NCBI GenBank assembly: GCA_016839705.1
Contig: JAEOTR010000016.1
Coordinates: 54,819-118,818, forward strand
Direction: 5' to 3'
Origin: Promethearchaeota archaeon
GTDB lineage: Archaea; Asgardarchaeota; Lokiarchaeia; Sigyniarchaeales; SOKP01
Length of the DNA: 64,000 bases
The position numbers were made by a program, and so were the translations under genes. Under the pieces are notes generated by a model. It saw nothing but the letters and a program-made list of their open reading frames with translations, had not been told where the DNA came from and searched no databases. Below are positions 29,271 through 39,869 of this stretch, in pieces. Every line of letters begins with the position of its first letter. Position 1 is the first letter of the stretch.

Positions 29271-31952
29271 TTGACAAAAAAGGCTTTTGGTTCTGGGTAT
29301 TTTGGTGAATGGATTGAAGATGAGTTTGGTTTGCCTGCCTATCGTTATAATTGTGATCAGCTAAAGGATCCCAAAGCAATAACACCGATGAATGAAGCTT
29401 GGCGTTCAAAAACAGACCATATTCACCTAGTTGGAAATGACCGTTTAGCTGGAATTGCCTCTAATTATGGATATATACAAGTTCGTCAGGATGAAGGAAG
29501 TCCTAAATATCTTAATGAATATAATCCTGATCAAGGCCACTATGCTGGCGGGTTTGGTTACCTAACTGATGGTAAGGATTATCTGAGCACATTCTATCCA
29601 GGAACTGGTGAGAATTTCGATAGAATTTTCGGGGTCGGTTACTACCAAAAAATTGTGACTGGATTCGACCTGTGTGCCGATCAAGTTATTTTTGCTCCAT
29701 ATGGAGATGATCCCATCTTAATATCTCGGATAAAGTTAACAAATAATAGAGATATGTCTGTTGATCTTCGTTGGGTTGAATATTGGGGTTGTCAAATGTA
29801 CCAATTTTCTCCGGATGCATATCTTATTGCGATGCGAGACAAGAATGTATCTCTTGCAAGAGATTATAGGCACCAATTTTGCAATAAATTTAATCATGAG
29901 TTTGAAATAATAAATGATGGTTCAGGTATAATTGAGACAAAATATTTTGAAAATCAAAAAGACGGAAAAAAATCTGCAATACCTAAAATAACTATGAAAG
30001 ATATGAATCCTCCTCGAACATTTCTCGTTTCGTTGGATGCTAAAGCCGATGGGATAAGCATGAGTGAAACCGATTTTTTTGGGAAAGGTGGTGTGTTAGC
30101 TCCTGATGGGCTTAGAAATCCATTGAAGTCAACTAATGATGAAAATAACGAGGAAAAAGCAATGCTCTTGGAGCGTAAAATCCATTTAGAACCTGGTGAG
30201 AGTCAAACAATTCATTTTCTATATGGTTACCTCCCTGAAGGCTTCGCATTTGAGGTTTTAGTTAGTAAATATATGACTGATTTACCAAAACTATGGGAAG
30301 TTTCGAGTAATAAATGGAAGGAAAATCGAATTAGTTTATTGATTCCAGACGAACCTTGGGTAAATCGTGAACTATTATGGCATAATTATTATTTACGTGG
30401 AAGTATGACATATGATAATTACTTTAAGGAACATATTCTTTCCCAAGGTCAAGTATATCAGTATATTATTGGATTTCAAGGAGCTTTACGCGATCCAATG
30501 CAACACGTTATGCCTTTCATTTATAGTGAGCCAAATATAGTGAAAGAAATTATCAGATACGTCTTAAAAACCACCAATCCAGAGGGGGATATACCTTATG
30601 GGATAACAGGTAATGGTATGATATTACCTGCGGGTTATAAACCATCAGATCAACAAATGTGGTTGTTGTGGCTAATTAGTGAATATATTTTTACTACAAG
30701 AGATATTGATTTTCTTAATGAAGAGGTGCCGATTTATCCGGTATATGGAAAAAATTTAACTACCAAACAGATAAAAGAAATATTGTTAACATGTTATGAC
30801 TACTTTACCAACACTTTGGGGTCGGGACCACATGGTCTTCAACGTATATCTAATGCGGATTGGAATGATGGCGTAATTTTAGGAAATATTTCAAGAGAAA
30901 AACACGATGAGATTGTTAAAAAAGGAGAGAGTGTACTAAACGCAGCAATGGCATCTTATGTACTTATGGTTTATGGAGAAATGTTAAATTACACTGGAGA
31001 TAAAGAGAAGTCTAGGGAAGTATTGAAATATGCAATGGATCAAAAGAAAGCCGTCCATGCTCAATGGAACGGAAAATGGTTCAAAAGAGCTTGGTTAACA
31101 GATGAAATTGGATGGATAGGAGAGGATCAGTTATGGTTAGAACCTCAACCTTGGGCAATTATTGGAGGCGCCTCTGATTTAAAGCAGACTAAAATTTTAG
31201 TAAAATCAATAAATAAATATCTAAGAAAATCAACAAAAATAGGAGCTAAACTAATGAGTAAGGGAGTAGCAACAATGCAACGTGAGTTAGGAATGAGAGT
31301 AAACGGCGGGGTCTGGCCTTCTATTAACGGAACATTAATCTGGGCTTTTTCAATTATTAATGAGGATTTAGCCTGGGATGAATGGAAGAAAAATACCCTC
31401 GCATATCATAGTGATAATTATCCTGAAGTTTGGTATGGTATATGGAGTGGTCCAGATGTATATAATTCAGACTTATCTGAATATCCGGGTCAAACTCATT
31501 TTACAGAGGAATTGGTGAGTTGGAAAAGAGAGAAAGAAGCAAAAATTCATGACAATACCTTTGCTGTGAACTGGACGGATTTTCCGGTAATGGATCTACA
31601 TCCTCATGCTTGGCCCTTATTTAATACCATTCATCTTATTGGAGCACAATTTACATCTGAAGGTTTAGAGCTTGCACCTATATTACCACAAGATGTATAT
31701 AGGTTCTCATCTCCAATTTTAGGTCTTGAAAAATCGAGTAATAATTATTCAGGTTGGTACAAGCCTCTGGCTAAAGGTACATGGGAAATAAGATTGAAAT
31801 TAAAAGGTGAAGAAATAAATAATATTGTCTCTTTAGAAGTGAATGGTAAAGAAGAGAATTTCCTCATTGAAGATAATACAGTTAAATTTAGCGGAAGAAG
31901 TGAGATTCATAATGCTTTAATGTGGAAAATTACTCTATCACAAAACATTTAA
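29271..31952 (+). CDS. Glycoside phosphorylase/hydrolase of the GH94 (GH36-type C-terminal) family
   Basis: GALRDPMQ, SDQQMWL, GPHGL-x5-DWND, GESV, WNGKWFKRA and NGGVW (alpha/alpha)6-barrel motifs. Confidence 0.7.
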   Translation: MTKKAFGSGYFGEWIEDEFGLPAYRYNCDQLKDPKAITPMNEAWRSKTDHIHLVGNDRLAGIASNYGYIQVRQDEGSPKYLNEYNPDQGHYAGGFGYLTDGKDYLSTFYPGTGENFDRIFGVGYYQKIVTGFDLCADQVIFAPYGDDPILISRIKLTNNRDMSVDLRWVEYWGCQMYQFSPDAYLIAMRDKNVSLARDYRHQFCNKFNHEFEIINDGSGIIETKYFENQKDGKKSAIPKITMKDMNPPRTFLVSLDAKADGISMSETDFFGKGGVLAPDGLRNPLKSTNDENNEEKAMLLERKIHLEPGESQTIHFLYGYLPEGFAFEVLVSKYMTDLPKLWEVSSNKWKENRISLLIPDEPWVNRELLWHNYYLRGSMTYDNYFKEHILSQGQVYQYIIGFQGALRDPMQHVMPFIYSEPNIVKEIIRYVLKTTNPEGDIPYGITGNGMILPAGYKPSDQQMWLLWLISEYIFTTRDIDFLNEEVPIYPVYGKNLTTKQIKEILLTCYDYFTNTLGSGPHGLQRISNADWNDGVILGNISREKHDEIVKKGESVLNAAMASYVLMVYGEMLNYTGDKEKSREVLKYAMDQKKAVHAQWNGKWFKRAWLTDEIGWIGEDQLWLEPQPWAIIGGASDLKQTKILVKSINKYLRKSTKIGAKLMSKGVATMQRELGMRVNGGVWPSINGTLIWAFSIINEDLAWDEWKKNTLAYHSDNYPEVWYGIWSGPDVYNSDLSEYPGQTHFTEELVSWKREKEAKIHDNTFAVNWTDFPVMDLHPHAWPLFNTIHLIGAQFTSEGLELAPILPQDVYRFSSPILGLEKSSNNYSGWYKPLAKGTWEIRLKLKGEEINNIVSLEVNGKEENFLIEDNTVKFSGRSEIHNALMWKITLSQNI

Positions 31953-31970
31953 TTCGATGAGGAAATATTT

Positions 31971-33341
31971 ATGAAAAAAATAACTTTCCCTATTGATTTT
32001 TTATGGGGTACTGCTACTGCTAGTTATCAGATAGAAGGAGCTTGGAATGAAGATTTGAAAGGTGAAAGTATTTGGGATATGGTTTCTCACACCCCGGGTA
32101 AAATAAGAAATGGAGACACTGGGGATATTACGTGTGATCATTATCATCGTTATAAAGAAGATATACAAATAATGAGACAACTTAATCTTAATGCTTATCG
32201 ATTTTCAATATCCTGGCCTAGAATCTTTCCTTTGGGAAAAGGAAACATTAACAAAAAAGGTGTAGAATTTTATGATAATTTAATTAACGAGTTAATATCT
32301 AACGATATTGAACCGGTCGTAACACTTTACCACTGGGACCTTCCTTTAGCACTTCAAGAGATTGGTAGTTGGGAAAATCGTGAGGTTGTTGACGCATATG
32401 TGGAATATGCAAAATTTATGTTTGACCATTATGGTGACCGTGTAAAAAAATGGATTACTTTCAATGAACCTGCTGTTTTTACTGTGTCTTTTTATGGTGG
32501 TGGTGTGTTCACGGGTAATAGGGATCTTAGAGGAGGGTACATTGCTTCTACAAATGTTAATGTTGCTCATGCAAAGGCGGTGAAAGCTTATCGGAATTCT
32601 AAAAATCCAGATGGTGTTATTGGAATTACTCTAAACTTAACACATGTATATCCGAAAATTAAATCTTCCTTAAATTCAGAAGCTTCTTATTTTATAGATG
32701 GAATATCTAATAGATGGTACTTAGATCCCATTTTCAAAGGAGAATATCCTGAAGATATTCTAAATTTTCTAAAAACAAAGTTCAATTTTCCTGATATACC
32801 TCAAGGAGATTTAGAGTTATTGAAAGAAAATCCTATTGATTTTTTGGGTATAAATAATTATTCTTGCACATGGGTTGCGGCTGAAAAACCGGAGGACCTT
32901 ACAAGAGTAAGCAAATTAATAAAAACTGAAAGGATTGAGGGACGGGAGTATTCAAAATATGGTTGGGAAGTATGTCCTGAAGGATTCTATGATCTCCTTG
33001 TGAGAATAGATAAAGATTACGATCATCCCGTAATTTATATTACAGAAAATGGATATGCCGATAAAGATGATAATATTGAAAATGGGATTGTACAAGATGA
33101 TGATCGTTTGAATTATCTTAGACGATATTTTAAGGCAGCCCATGATGGTATTAAGGAAGGTGTAAAGCTTAAGGGATATTTTATTTGGTCATTACTAGAT
33201 AATTTTGAATGGCTTCAAGGATATTCTATACGTTTTGGACTAATACGAGTAAATTTTGAAACACAAGAAAGAATATGGAAAAAAAGTGCCCAGTGGTATA
33301 GGGATTTGATTGCTCAAAATGGATTTGATCTAGATTTATAA
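31971..33341 (+). CDS. GH1 beta-glucosidase
   Basis: FLWGTATASYQIEG, YRFSISWPR, TLYHWDLP, TFNEP (acid/base), ITENG (nucleophile) and WSLLDNFEW. Confidence 0.95.
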   Translation: MKKITFPIDFLWGTATASYQIEGAWNEDLKGESIWDMVSHTPGKIRNGDTGDITCDHYHRYKEDIQIMRQLNLNAYRFSISWPRIFPLGKGNINKKGVEFYDNLINELISNDIEPVVTLYHWDLPLALQEIGSWENREVVDAYVEYAKFMFDHYGDRVKKWITFNEPAVFTVSFYGGGVFTGNRDLRGGYIASTNVNVAHAKAVKAYRNSKNPDGVIGITLNLTHVYPKIKSSLNSEASYFIDGISNRWYLDPIFKGEYPEDILNFLKTKFNFPDIPQGDLELLKENPIDFLGINNYSCTWVAAEKPEDLTRVSKLIKTERIEGREYSKYGWEVCPEGFYDLLVRIDKDYDHPVIYITENGYADKDDNIENGIVQDDDRLNYLRRYFKAAHDGIKEGVKLKGYFIWSLLDNFEWLQGYSIRFGLIRVNFETQERIWKKSAQWYRDLIAQNGFDLDL

Positions 33342-33344
33342 CTA

Positions 33345-34088
33345 TTATTCTTCTTTCTTCTTAGGATAAGGAATTTTCGGTGGTAAACCTATATATTTTT
33401 CCATCAGATTTAGATAGTTTTTAACTTTATCCCATAATGTATTATCGGAAAAGATTGGGTCAGGCAATGAGAATGAACGACTTGCTATTATCCCCATTAG
33501 TGCATTTCCTATTTGATTTACATGTAATCCATCTAACATCAGATTTCTATAGGTATTTGGATCTTTTTCATAAAATGGAGAAAAATACTTATATTGATCT
33601 ATTAGAGGAATTTCCATCTCTCTTGACAAATTTCTATTTACTTCAACAATCTCAGGAAACCGTTGGAAAATTCTATCCATTCTATTATAGAGAAGGCAAT
33701 AATATGTCTGAAGAACAGGCAGTGCTTTTATTTCCTTAATTTTTTCAACTGCCTGAGTAAGATAATTCTGGTATTCTTGAATTGTCAACCCTTTCCATGC
33801 GTCGTTGCCTCCTATTGTTATAATAACGAGATCTGGATTAAAAGAGAGCACATCTCTATCAATTCTCTTTAAAAGATCTTTTGAAGTTTCTCCACCAATA
33901 CCGGAATTGATTGTTGTAATATGTCTTCCAATCCATTCTCTCATGGCACTTGATAACCACGAGAACCAGTTAAAATACCCTAATGAATGCCAATGAAGTT
34001 CAGTATTACTTGAACCAAAAGCGACAACACGAATAGGTTTCTGAGGATTAAGTTTCCATTTATTCCCTATACTTTCTAAATTCTGCAT
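33345..34088 (-). CDS. SGNH/GDSL esterase-lipase
   Basis: FGSSNT, NSGIGGET, IGGND and DGLH blocks. Confidence 0.85.
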   Translation of the reverse strand: MQNLESIGNKWKLNPQKPIRVVAFGSSNTELHWHSLGYFNWFSWLSSAMREWIGRHITTINSGIGGETSKDLLKRIDRDVLSFNPDLVIITIGGNDAWKGLTIQEYQNYLTQAVEKIKEIKALPVLQTYYCLLYNRMDRIFQRFPEIVEVNRNLSREMEIPLIDQYKYFSPFYEKDPNTYRNLMLDGLHVNQIGNALMGIIASRSFSLPDPIFSDNTLWDKVKNYLNLMEKYIGLPPKIPYPKKKEE

Positions 34089-34222
34089 AAAAATCTCAAG
34101 TATTTAAAATTTCCAAATCATAAAAGATTTTCTAAAGAACTTCCTTAACTTTAGGTTAATTAAAAATAGAACAAATTAAAAAAAAAGTAAATTATGGTAT
34201 TTTTTTCGGTCGAGAAAATCAC

Positions 34223-34660
34223 TTATTCAAGAAGGTCTGCACCGAGTTCCATAGCGAGAGCAAGAATCTCTCCATATGCAATAGCATCCTGCAAATTCCC
34301 TTCAATAACAAGATCCCCAGACATATATGCACTTGTAGAATCAATTTCGCCTGAACTCATTCCTGTCCAAGTAGTTTGTGATGCTTTCATAGTAACACTT
34401 GCTTCATCACTTGCTCCTTCAGCATAATCAACAGATCCTTCTCCAAATTTTATCCAATATTTAAAGTCTTTATCAGTTACTTCTTGTTGGACAATTATTG
34501 TGTCAATATCCTCAAGTTCTTCTTTAAGTTCTTCATTTTCCTCTGCTAGCTGCTTAATGAATTCATACATTTTAAGAGCACCAGAAGGTTCGCCTGGACC
34601 CTTCTCTCTCATTTCTTTTAATTCTTTTATTAAGTTTGCGTCAACCATTTTGATTATCAA
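34223..34660 (-). CDS. SCP2 (sterol carrier protein 2-like) lipid-binding domain protein
   Basis: ASVTMKAS...GEIDSTSAYMSGDLVIEGNLQDA pattern. Confidence 0.75.
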   Translation of the reverse strand: MIIKMVDANLIKELKEMREKGPGEPSGALKMYEFIKQLAEENEELKEELEDIDTIIVQQEVTDKDFKYWIKFGEGSVDYAEGASDEASVTMKASQTTWTGMSSGEIDSTSAYMSGDLVIEGNLQDAIAYGEILALAMELGADLLE

Positions 34661-34791
34661 CCTTTTTTTTTAAAAACTAAAAAAAAACTTAGTTATAAAA
34701 TGCAATGTCATTTACTTTTAAAGTTTTATTTTAAAACTGGCTTCTAGGTATAATAATCAATATTGATATTTGAGCAAATCTATAGATTTCC

Positions 34792-36000
34792 TCATCTTAA
34801 ACAACAATCTTTGTACTTGCTTCCGCTTCCACATGGGCAGAGTGCATTACGACTAATTTTTTTTACTTTAATTTGAAATGATGAATTCAAATCGTTATTC
34901 TTTTTAATTTGATCTGCTAATATTTTAAATCGAGGTAGAGTATTAACATAAAATTTCTTCCATCCTTTACATAATGTACTTAAGGTTCTTGAAGAGTTTA
35001 AAATATTATATCGATGCTTTTGGCAGTCTCCATGACAAAAAGAAATAAATGGACAATTGTTACACCTACTATTGAATTCTGCTTTTTGATTACCAAAAGT
35101 GTGATAAGTTGCCGAATCTAAGAAATCATTCCAAGTATGTGTTTTTACATTACCTAACAAAAGGTCTTTACGAACAAAAAAATCACATGGATAAACACCG
35201 CCATCATATTCTACCACGAAATATTGACAGCAATTATTACTCATATAGCAAACGCTATACGTTCCTGATACTAAGTAATTTAAAATCGAGTCAAATAGTC
35301 GAATAGAGACCTTATTGATATCTTCTTTTATCCATTGCTCAAATAAATCGCATAGAAAATCCCCCCAATCTTCTCCCGTTATTGAAAATGGTTTGAGTTT
35401 ACCTCGATCATCATATTCAACACAGGGGATATATTGGTGATAGAAAAAACCCTGATCTTTTAAATAGTGGTAAATCTCACTAGCTCTCCTTACCGTTTTA
35501 TCATTAACTAAACTAAGGATATTAAATTCAACATTATGTTTTCTTAAGTGATTTATTCCGCGTAATACTTGGGAATGAGTTGGTTTAAGACTGATTGTTT
35601 TTCTATAAAAGTCGTGGAGATATTCCGGTCCATCAAGGCTTACACCAAGAAGAAACTTGTATTCTGCAAAAAATTTTGCTATGTCATTGGTGATAAGAGT
35701 TCCATTTGTTTGCAATCCATTACTTATAACTGCATTAGGAGGTGCATATCTTGCCTGTAGTTCTACAACTTTTTTAAAGAACTTCAGTCCCATCATGGTT
35801 GGTTCGCCACCCTGCCACCCAAAAGCATAGTTATTGTTTTGATCAGTCTGCATATAACCAGCTATCATACTTTCTAATATATCTTCTGACATTCTTGGGT
35901 GATCTTTCCCAATTTCAAGGTGATCAATATAGAAACAATAATGACATCTAAGATTACAATCAGCAGAAGCAGGTTTGATCAGTAATGAGAATGGTTTCAT
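34792..36000 (-). CDS. Anaerobic sulfatase-maturating radical SAM/SPASM enzyme with C-terminal SEC-C motif
   Basis: KPASADCNLRCHYCFY, WQGGEP, QTNG, SPASM cysteines (YPCDF, CNNC-x4-CHGDC) and SRNALCPCGSGSKYKDCC; downstream of the sulfatase. Confidence 0.9.
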   Translation of the reverse strand: MKPFSLLIKPASADCNLRCHYCFYIDHLEIGKDHPRMSEDILESMIAGYMQTDQNNNYAFGWQGGEPTMMGLKFFKKVVELQARYAPPNAVISNGLQTNGTLITNDIAKFFAEYKFLLGVSLDGPEYLHDFYRKTISLKPTHSQVLRGINHLRKHNVEFNILSLVNDKTVRRASEIYHYLKDQGFFYHQYIPCVEYDDRGKLKPFSITGEDWGDFLCDLFEQWIKEDINKVSIRLFDSILNYLVSGTYSVCYMSNNCCQYFVVEYDGGVYPCDFFVRKDLLLGNVKTHTWNDFLDSATYHTFGNQKAEFNSRCNNCPFISFCHGDCQKHRYNILNSSRTLSTLCKGWKKFYVNTLPRFKILADQIKKNNDLNSSFQIKVKKISRNALCPCGSGSKYKDCCLR

Positions 36001-36031
36001 ATTTTTTATTTTATACGACTTCAGTTTTGAT

Positions 36032-37807
36032 TTATTTTCCCTTAGTTTTAACCAATTTAGTCATGTTTCTAATTAGTGGGATATAGTTTTTAGGAAGAAT
36101 TTTTTCAAACATTTGTACTAGTAAATCTTCGTCGATTTCAAGGGTACCATTCTTTTTAATCTCTTGTTCTATTTGTAAACTAGTTTTTTTTTGGAACTGA
36201 GAGGGAACATATCCCACAATAAGAGAATACATGCTCTTTCCTTTTTTATTCCATACTATTTCAGTATCCCCAATCTTATCCTTCATTCCTGAGCGATTTT
36301 CAATTAAATCTAAATGATCTTTTGTAATTTCACCATCATAAGGAATTCCAAGGCGCTCGAATTGCTCAACTGGAGAATCATTTTCCTTCATTTCTTGGGC
36401 CAATGCCTTGATCATCCTTTTCTCGATTTCAACATTAATTAGTGGATTTTCTTGGTGTGGATCATCTTGAAGATCAAAAAGTAAACTGCCAAAAATGTAA
36501 GGATTTAGATATCTAAGTCTTGTTTCCGTTCTCATGGGTTTAATTCCCTTCGTAAAACTAAAGGGATCTGCTAATTCGATTGTTTTCAACTCATTTATTG
36601 AAAAAAATCCACGCATATGGGTGGGTAAAAGCGTATAATCATAAAGTGGTTTATTTAAAAGATTTGTAGGCCCTCTCATGTAAACGTATCGTCCATCTGT
36701 AATGTTTACATGAGCTCCATGGGTCCCAAATAATGCAAATTCCCGTATTTTTGCATCTGAAGCAATAGTTTCTTTTAAAACTTTACCCTGCATACTTTTT
36801 GTGCGTTTTATCTCAAAAAACTCAAGAATTGTAGGTACAATATCCGTAGTTTGTACAAGAGCTTCTCTTCTTTCATTTTTCTTACCTGATCTTGGATCCC
36901 ATATAAATAAAGGTATTTGAGCGATTTCATTATATATAGGTTGCACTCCTTTCGCCCACCAATCTTTTTCCCCCAAGAGAAAACCGTGATCCGTAGTAAC
37001 AATTAGCATTGTATCTTTCCACATATCTCTTTCATCCATAAGGTCAAGAATCTTGCCAAGATAAGTATCACACATACTGATAGAAGCAGCATATTCTTTT
37101 CTAACATGTTGTACTTGCTCTTCAGTTTCAGTTACTATCCCATAATTTGGCCAATCGAAATGTGGACCGTTATATTCATGTTTATAGATATTTTTATATT
37201 TCTGTTGTGTAAAGAAAGGTTCATGGGGATCGAATGTTTCGATATGTAGAAACCAATTATTCTCCAGATAGTTTTTTTCAATGAACTCCATGGCAAGTTT
37301 AAAAGTTACTGCCTGAGGCTGATCTTCCTCTCTTTGCATATATTTTCGATTTACCCAATCTTGACGCCAATGAGGCCAATTCTCTCGCATATTAGGGACG
37401 GTTTCAGGGATGTCAGGGTCTTTTACTTCTCCTTTCCAAGGATCACCTTCATGTCCTCGAATAATTTCCCATGAATTGTATCTATTATGGTACGTAGCAC
37501 CTCCATCTTCCCAATAATGATAATGATCGCTTACAAGATGGGAGTATACATTATTTTTCTTTAATATTTCTGGCATTGAATCATCAAACGGTTCTAATGG
37601 TCCCCAACTTCTATGTAAAAAGTTATGTCTTCCTGTATGAAGTTCTCTTCTAGCAGGGATACACATTAAACTCCCAGAATAACAATTGTCAAAAATTACC
37701 GTTTTTTCTGCTAGTCTTTTAAAATTTGGTGTATGTACCCAATTATTCCCATAGGGAAGTAAAAAATGTTTATTTAGAGTATCAAAAAGAATAAAGATTA
37801 TTTTCAT
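36032..37807 (-). CDS. Cys-type formylglycine sulfatase
   Basis: FDTLN, TPN, CIPAR (C-x-P-x-R), DPHEPF and TTDHG. Confidence 0.88.
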   Translation of the reverse strand: MKIIFILFDTLNKHFLLPYGNNWVHTPNFKRLAEKTVIFDNCYSGSLMCIPARRELHTGRHNFLHRSWGPLEPFDDSMPEILKKNNVYSHLVSDHYHYWEDGGATYHNRYNSWEIIRGHEGDPWKGEVKDPDIPETVPNMRENWPHWRQDWVNRKYMQREEDQPQAVTFKLAMEFIEKNYLENNWFLHIETFDPHEPFFTQQKYKNIYKHEYNGPHFDWPNYGIVTETEEQVQHVRKEYAASISMCDTYLGKILDLMDERDMWKDTMLIVTTDHGFLLGEKDWWAKGVQPIYNEIAQIPLFIWDPRSGKKNERREALVQTTDIVPTILEFFEIKRTKSMQGKVLKETIASDAKIREFALFGTHGAHVNITDGRYVYMRGPTNLLNKPLYDYTLLPTHMRGFFSINELKTIELADPFSFTKGIKPMRTETRLRYLNPYIFGSLLFDLQDDPHQENPLINVEIEKRMIKALAQEMKENDSPVEQFERLGIPYDGEITKDHLDLIENRSGMKDKIGDTEIVWNKKGKSMYSLIVGYVPSQFQKKTSLQIEQEIKKNGTLEIDEDLLVQMFEKILPKNYIPLIRNMTKLVKTKGK

Positions 37808-38059
37808 ATTATTCTCCTAATAAAATTTGTAATCTAAATTGTTTAATTTATTTTAGTCTAATTGTTTACCATATATATAATTTGAATTAATGAAAATTTT
37901 TTCAATTTCCCTTTTCATGGTATTTCATAAAAATTTGTAAAATATTATCAATTAAAGATTGAATATTTTTTGATTTTTGAAAATTTAGAAGTTTGACTCA
38001 AATTTTACTAATTATGTAGGATGACAAATTTCATTAATTAAATTAATTTATAGTTCTCA

Positions 38060-39727
38060 ATGTCAGCAAACCAAGATGAATTTAATTCAAGAAAGATTTA
38101 TGAAAGAGCCTTGTATTATGGATGTGGTTATTCTTCTGATGACCTAAAGAAGCCTAAAATCGCTATAGTTAATTCATGGAACGAAATTAACCCCGGGCAT
38201 ATCCACTTACGGAAGTTAGCTGAATTTGTTAAGCAAGGTGTTAAAGAGGCCGGTGGTACGCCTATGGAATTTAATACAATTGCTTCTTGCGATGGGATTG
38301 CGAATTCTGGGGATAATTCAAGATATATTCTACCTACTCGTGAGATCATCGCTGCATCTGTTGAATGCACTATTAAAGCGTATAATTTTGATGGGATGGT
38401 AATGATTTGTACCTGTGATAAAATTATTCCTGGAATGCTATTAGCAGCAGCTAGATGCGATATTCCAACAATTTTTTTAACTGGGGGAATAATGCTTCCT
38501 AAAACTTTTCAAGAGGGACGACTTAAAGGAAAAACTTTTGTAACTTCTGACGTTAAAGAAGCAATGGGACAATTCAATGCAGGACTATTATCAGAAGAAG
38601 AACTTCTACTGATAGAGTCAGAAACCTGTTGTTCCCCTGGAGCATGTAATATGATGGGCACTGCAAATACCATGGCTTGTATTGTTGAAGCGATGGGTCT
38701 TTCTTTGCCTGATTGTGCAACCTTAAGTGCTGTGAGCAAAGAACGCGAGATATTATGCATGAATACTGGCAAGAGAATAATAAACCTAGTTAACCAATCA
38801 ATTAGTGCTCTTGATTTAATCACTCATGATTCTATTGAAAATGGTATAAAGATGGCTTTATCATTTGGGGGTTCTACTAACATGATACTCCATATGTGCG
38901 CGTTATCGCATGAAATAGGTGGGAAATTGACCCATTTTGATTTTGATCGAATGAGTAAATCAGTACCGCTATTAGTAAAACTCAAACCTTCTTCGGAATA
39001 TAATCTTACGGATTTTCATGAGGCTGGAAGTGTAAAAGTATTGCTGAAAAAATTATCAAAAATATTGAATTTATCAACTAGATCTATTATGGGAGTAAGT
39101 TTGAAAGAATATCTTGATAATATTGATTTTGAAGATTACCAAATTATACGAAACTTTGAAGATCCAATTACTAGGCAGGGAGCAATTGCTGTATTAAAAG
39201 GATCTTTAGCACCAGAGGGTGCTATTGTGAAACAAAGCGCAATTAATCCCGCAATGAGATATCATAAGGGAAAAGCTAAAGTCTTTGAATGTGAAGAAGA
39301 TTTAAAAGAAGCGATATTGTCAAATACTATAGATGAGGGTAATGTATTAGTTGTTCGTTATGAAGGTCCAAAAGGGTCTCCTGGAATGAGAGAGATGTCG
39401 ATACCTGCTGCTATTTTAATGGGTATGGGATTAGGGGACTCTGTTGCTATAATTACAGACGGTCGTTATTCTGGTGCTACAAGAGGCCCCTTTATAGGAC
39501 ATGTATGTCCTGAGGCAATAGAAGGGGGTCCAATAGCAATTGTTAATGATGGTGATGTTATAGAGATAGATATTGATAACCGACAACTGAATTTGCTTAT
39601 TCCTGAACAGGAAATAAATTTAAGATTAGAAAATTGGATAAAACCAGAACCTAAAATTACAACAGGTTATTTAAATATTTATAGGAAGGTTGTTAGTTCT
39701 GCTAAACTAGGAGCAATAGTTAAATAA
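38060..39727 (+). CDS. ilvD: Dihydroxy-acid dehydratase (IlvD/Edd family)
   Basis: [48 protein letters not shown] and TDGRYSG. Confidence 0.85.
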   Translation: MSANQDEFNSRKIYERALYYGCGYSSDDLKKPKIAIVNSWNEINPGHIHLRKLAEFVKQGVKEAGGTPMEFNTIASCDGIANSGDNSRYILPTREIIAASVECTIKAYNFDGMVMICTCDKIIPGMLLAAARCDIPTIFLTGGIMLPKTFQEGRLKGKTFVTSDVKEAMGQFNAGLLSEEELLLIESETCCSPGACNMMGTANTMACIVEAMGLSLPDCATLSAVSKEREILCMNTGKRIINLVNQSISALDLITHDSIENGIKMALSFGGSTNMILHMCALSHEIGGKLTHFDFDRMSKSVPLLVKLKPSSEYNLTDFHEAGSVKVLLKKLSKILNLSTRSIMGVSLKEYLDNIDFEDYQIIRNFEDPITRQGAIAVLKGSLAPEGAIVKQSAINPAMRYHKGKAKVFECEEDLKEAILSNTIDEGNVLVVRYEGPKGSPGMREMSIPAAILMGMGLGDSVAIITDGRYSGATRGPFIGHVCPEAIEGGPIAIVNDGDVIEIDIDNRQLNLLIPEQEINLRLENWIKPEPKITTGYLNIYRKVVSSAKLGAIVK

Positions 39728-39869
39728 TTAGTATTATCCAGATTAAAATGATTAACGAAAAACACATTTATAAGAGCTTAAAAAAATTTTCTTTTCCTAG
39801 GCAATCAGGAATGGAATTTGAAAAAAAAGGTTGTAATTTAGATAACCAAAAAATACGTGTTGATTAAGA

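Noticed and set aside
39843-39863. Selenocysteine read-through of the TGA at 39861
   Set aside because: Another in-frame stop (TAA 39843) lies just upstream with no start codon in between, and methyltransferases are not expected selenoproteins.
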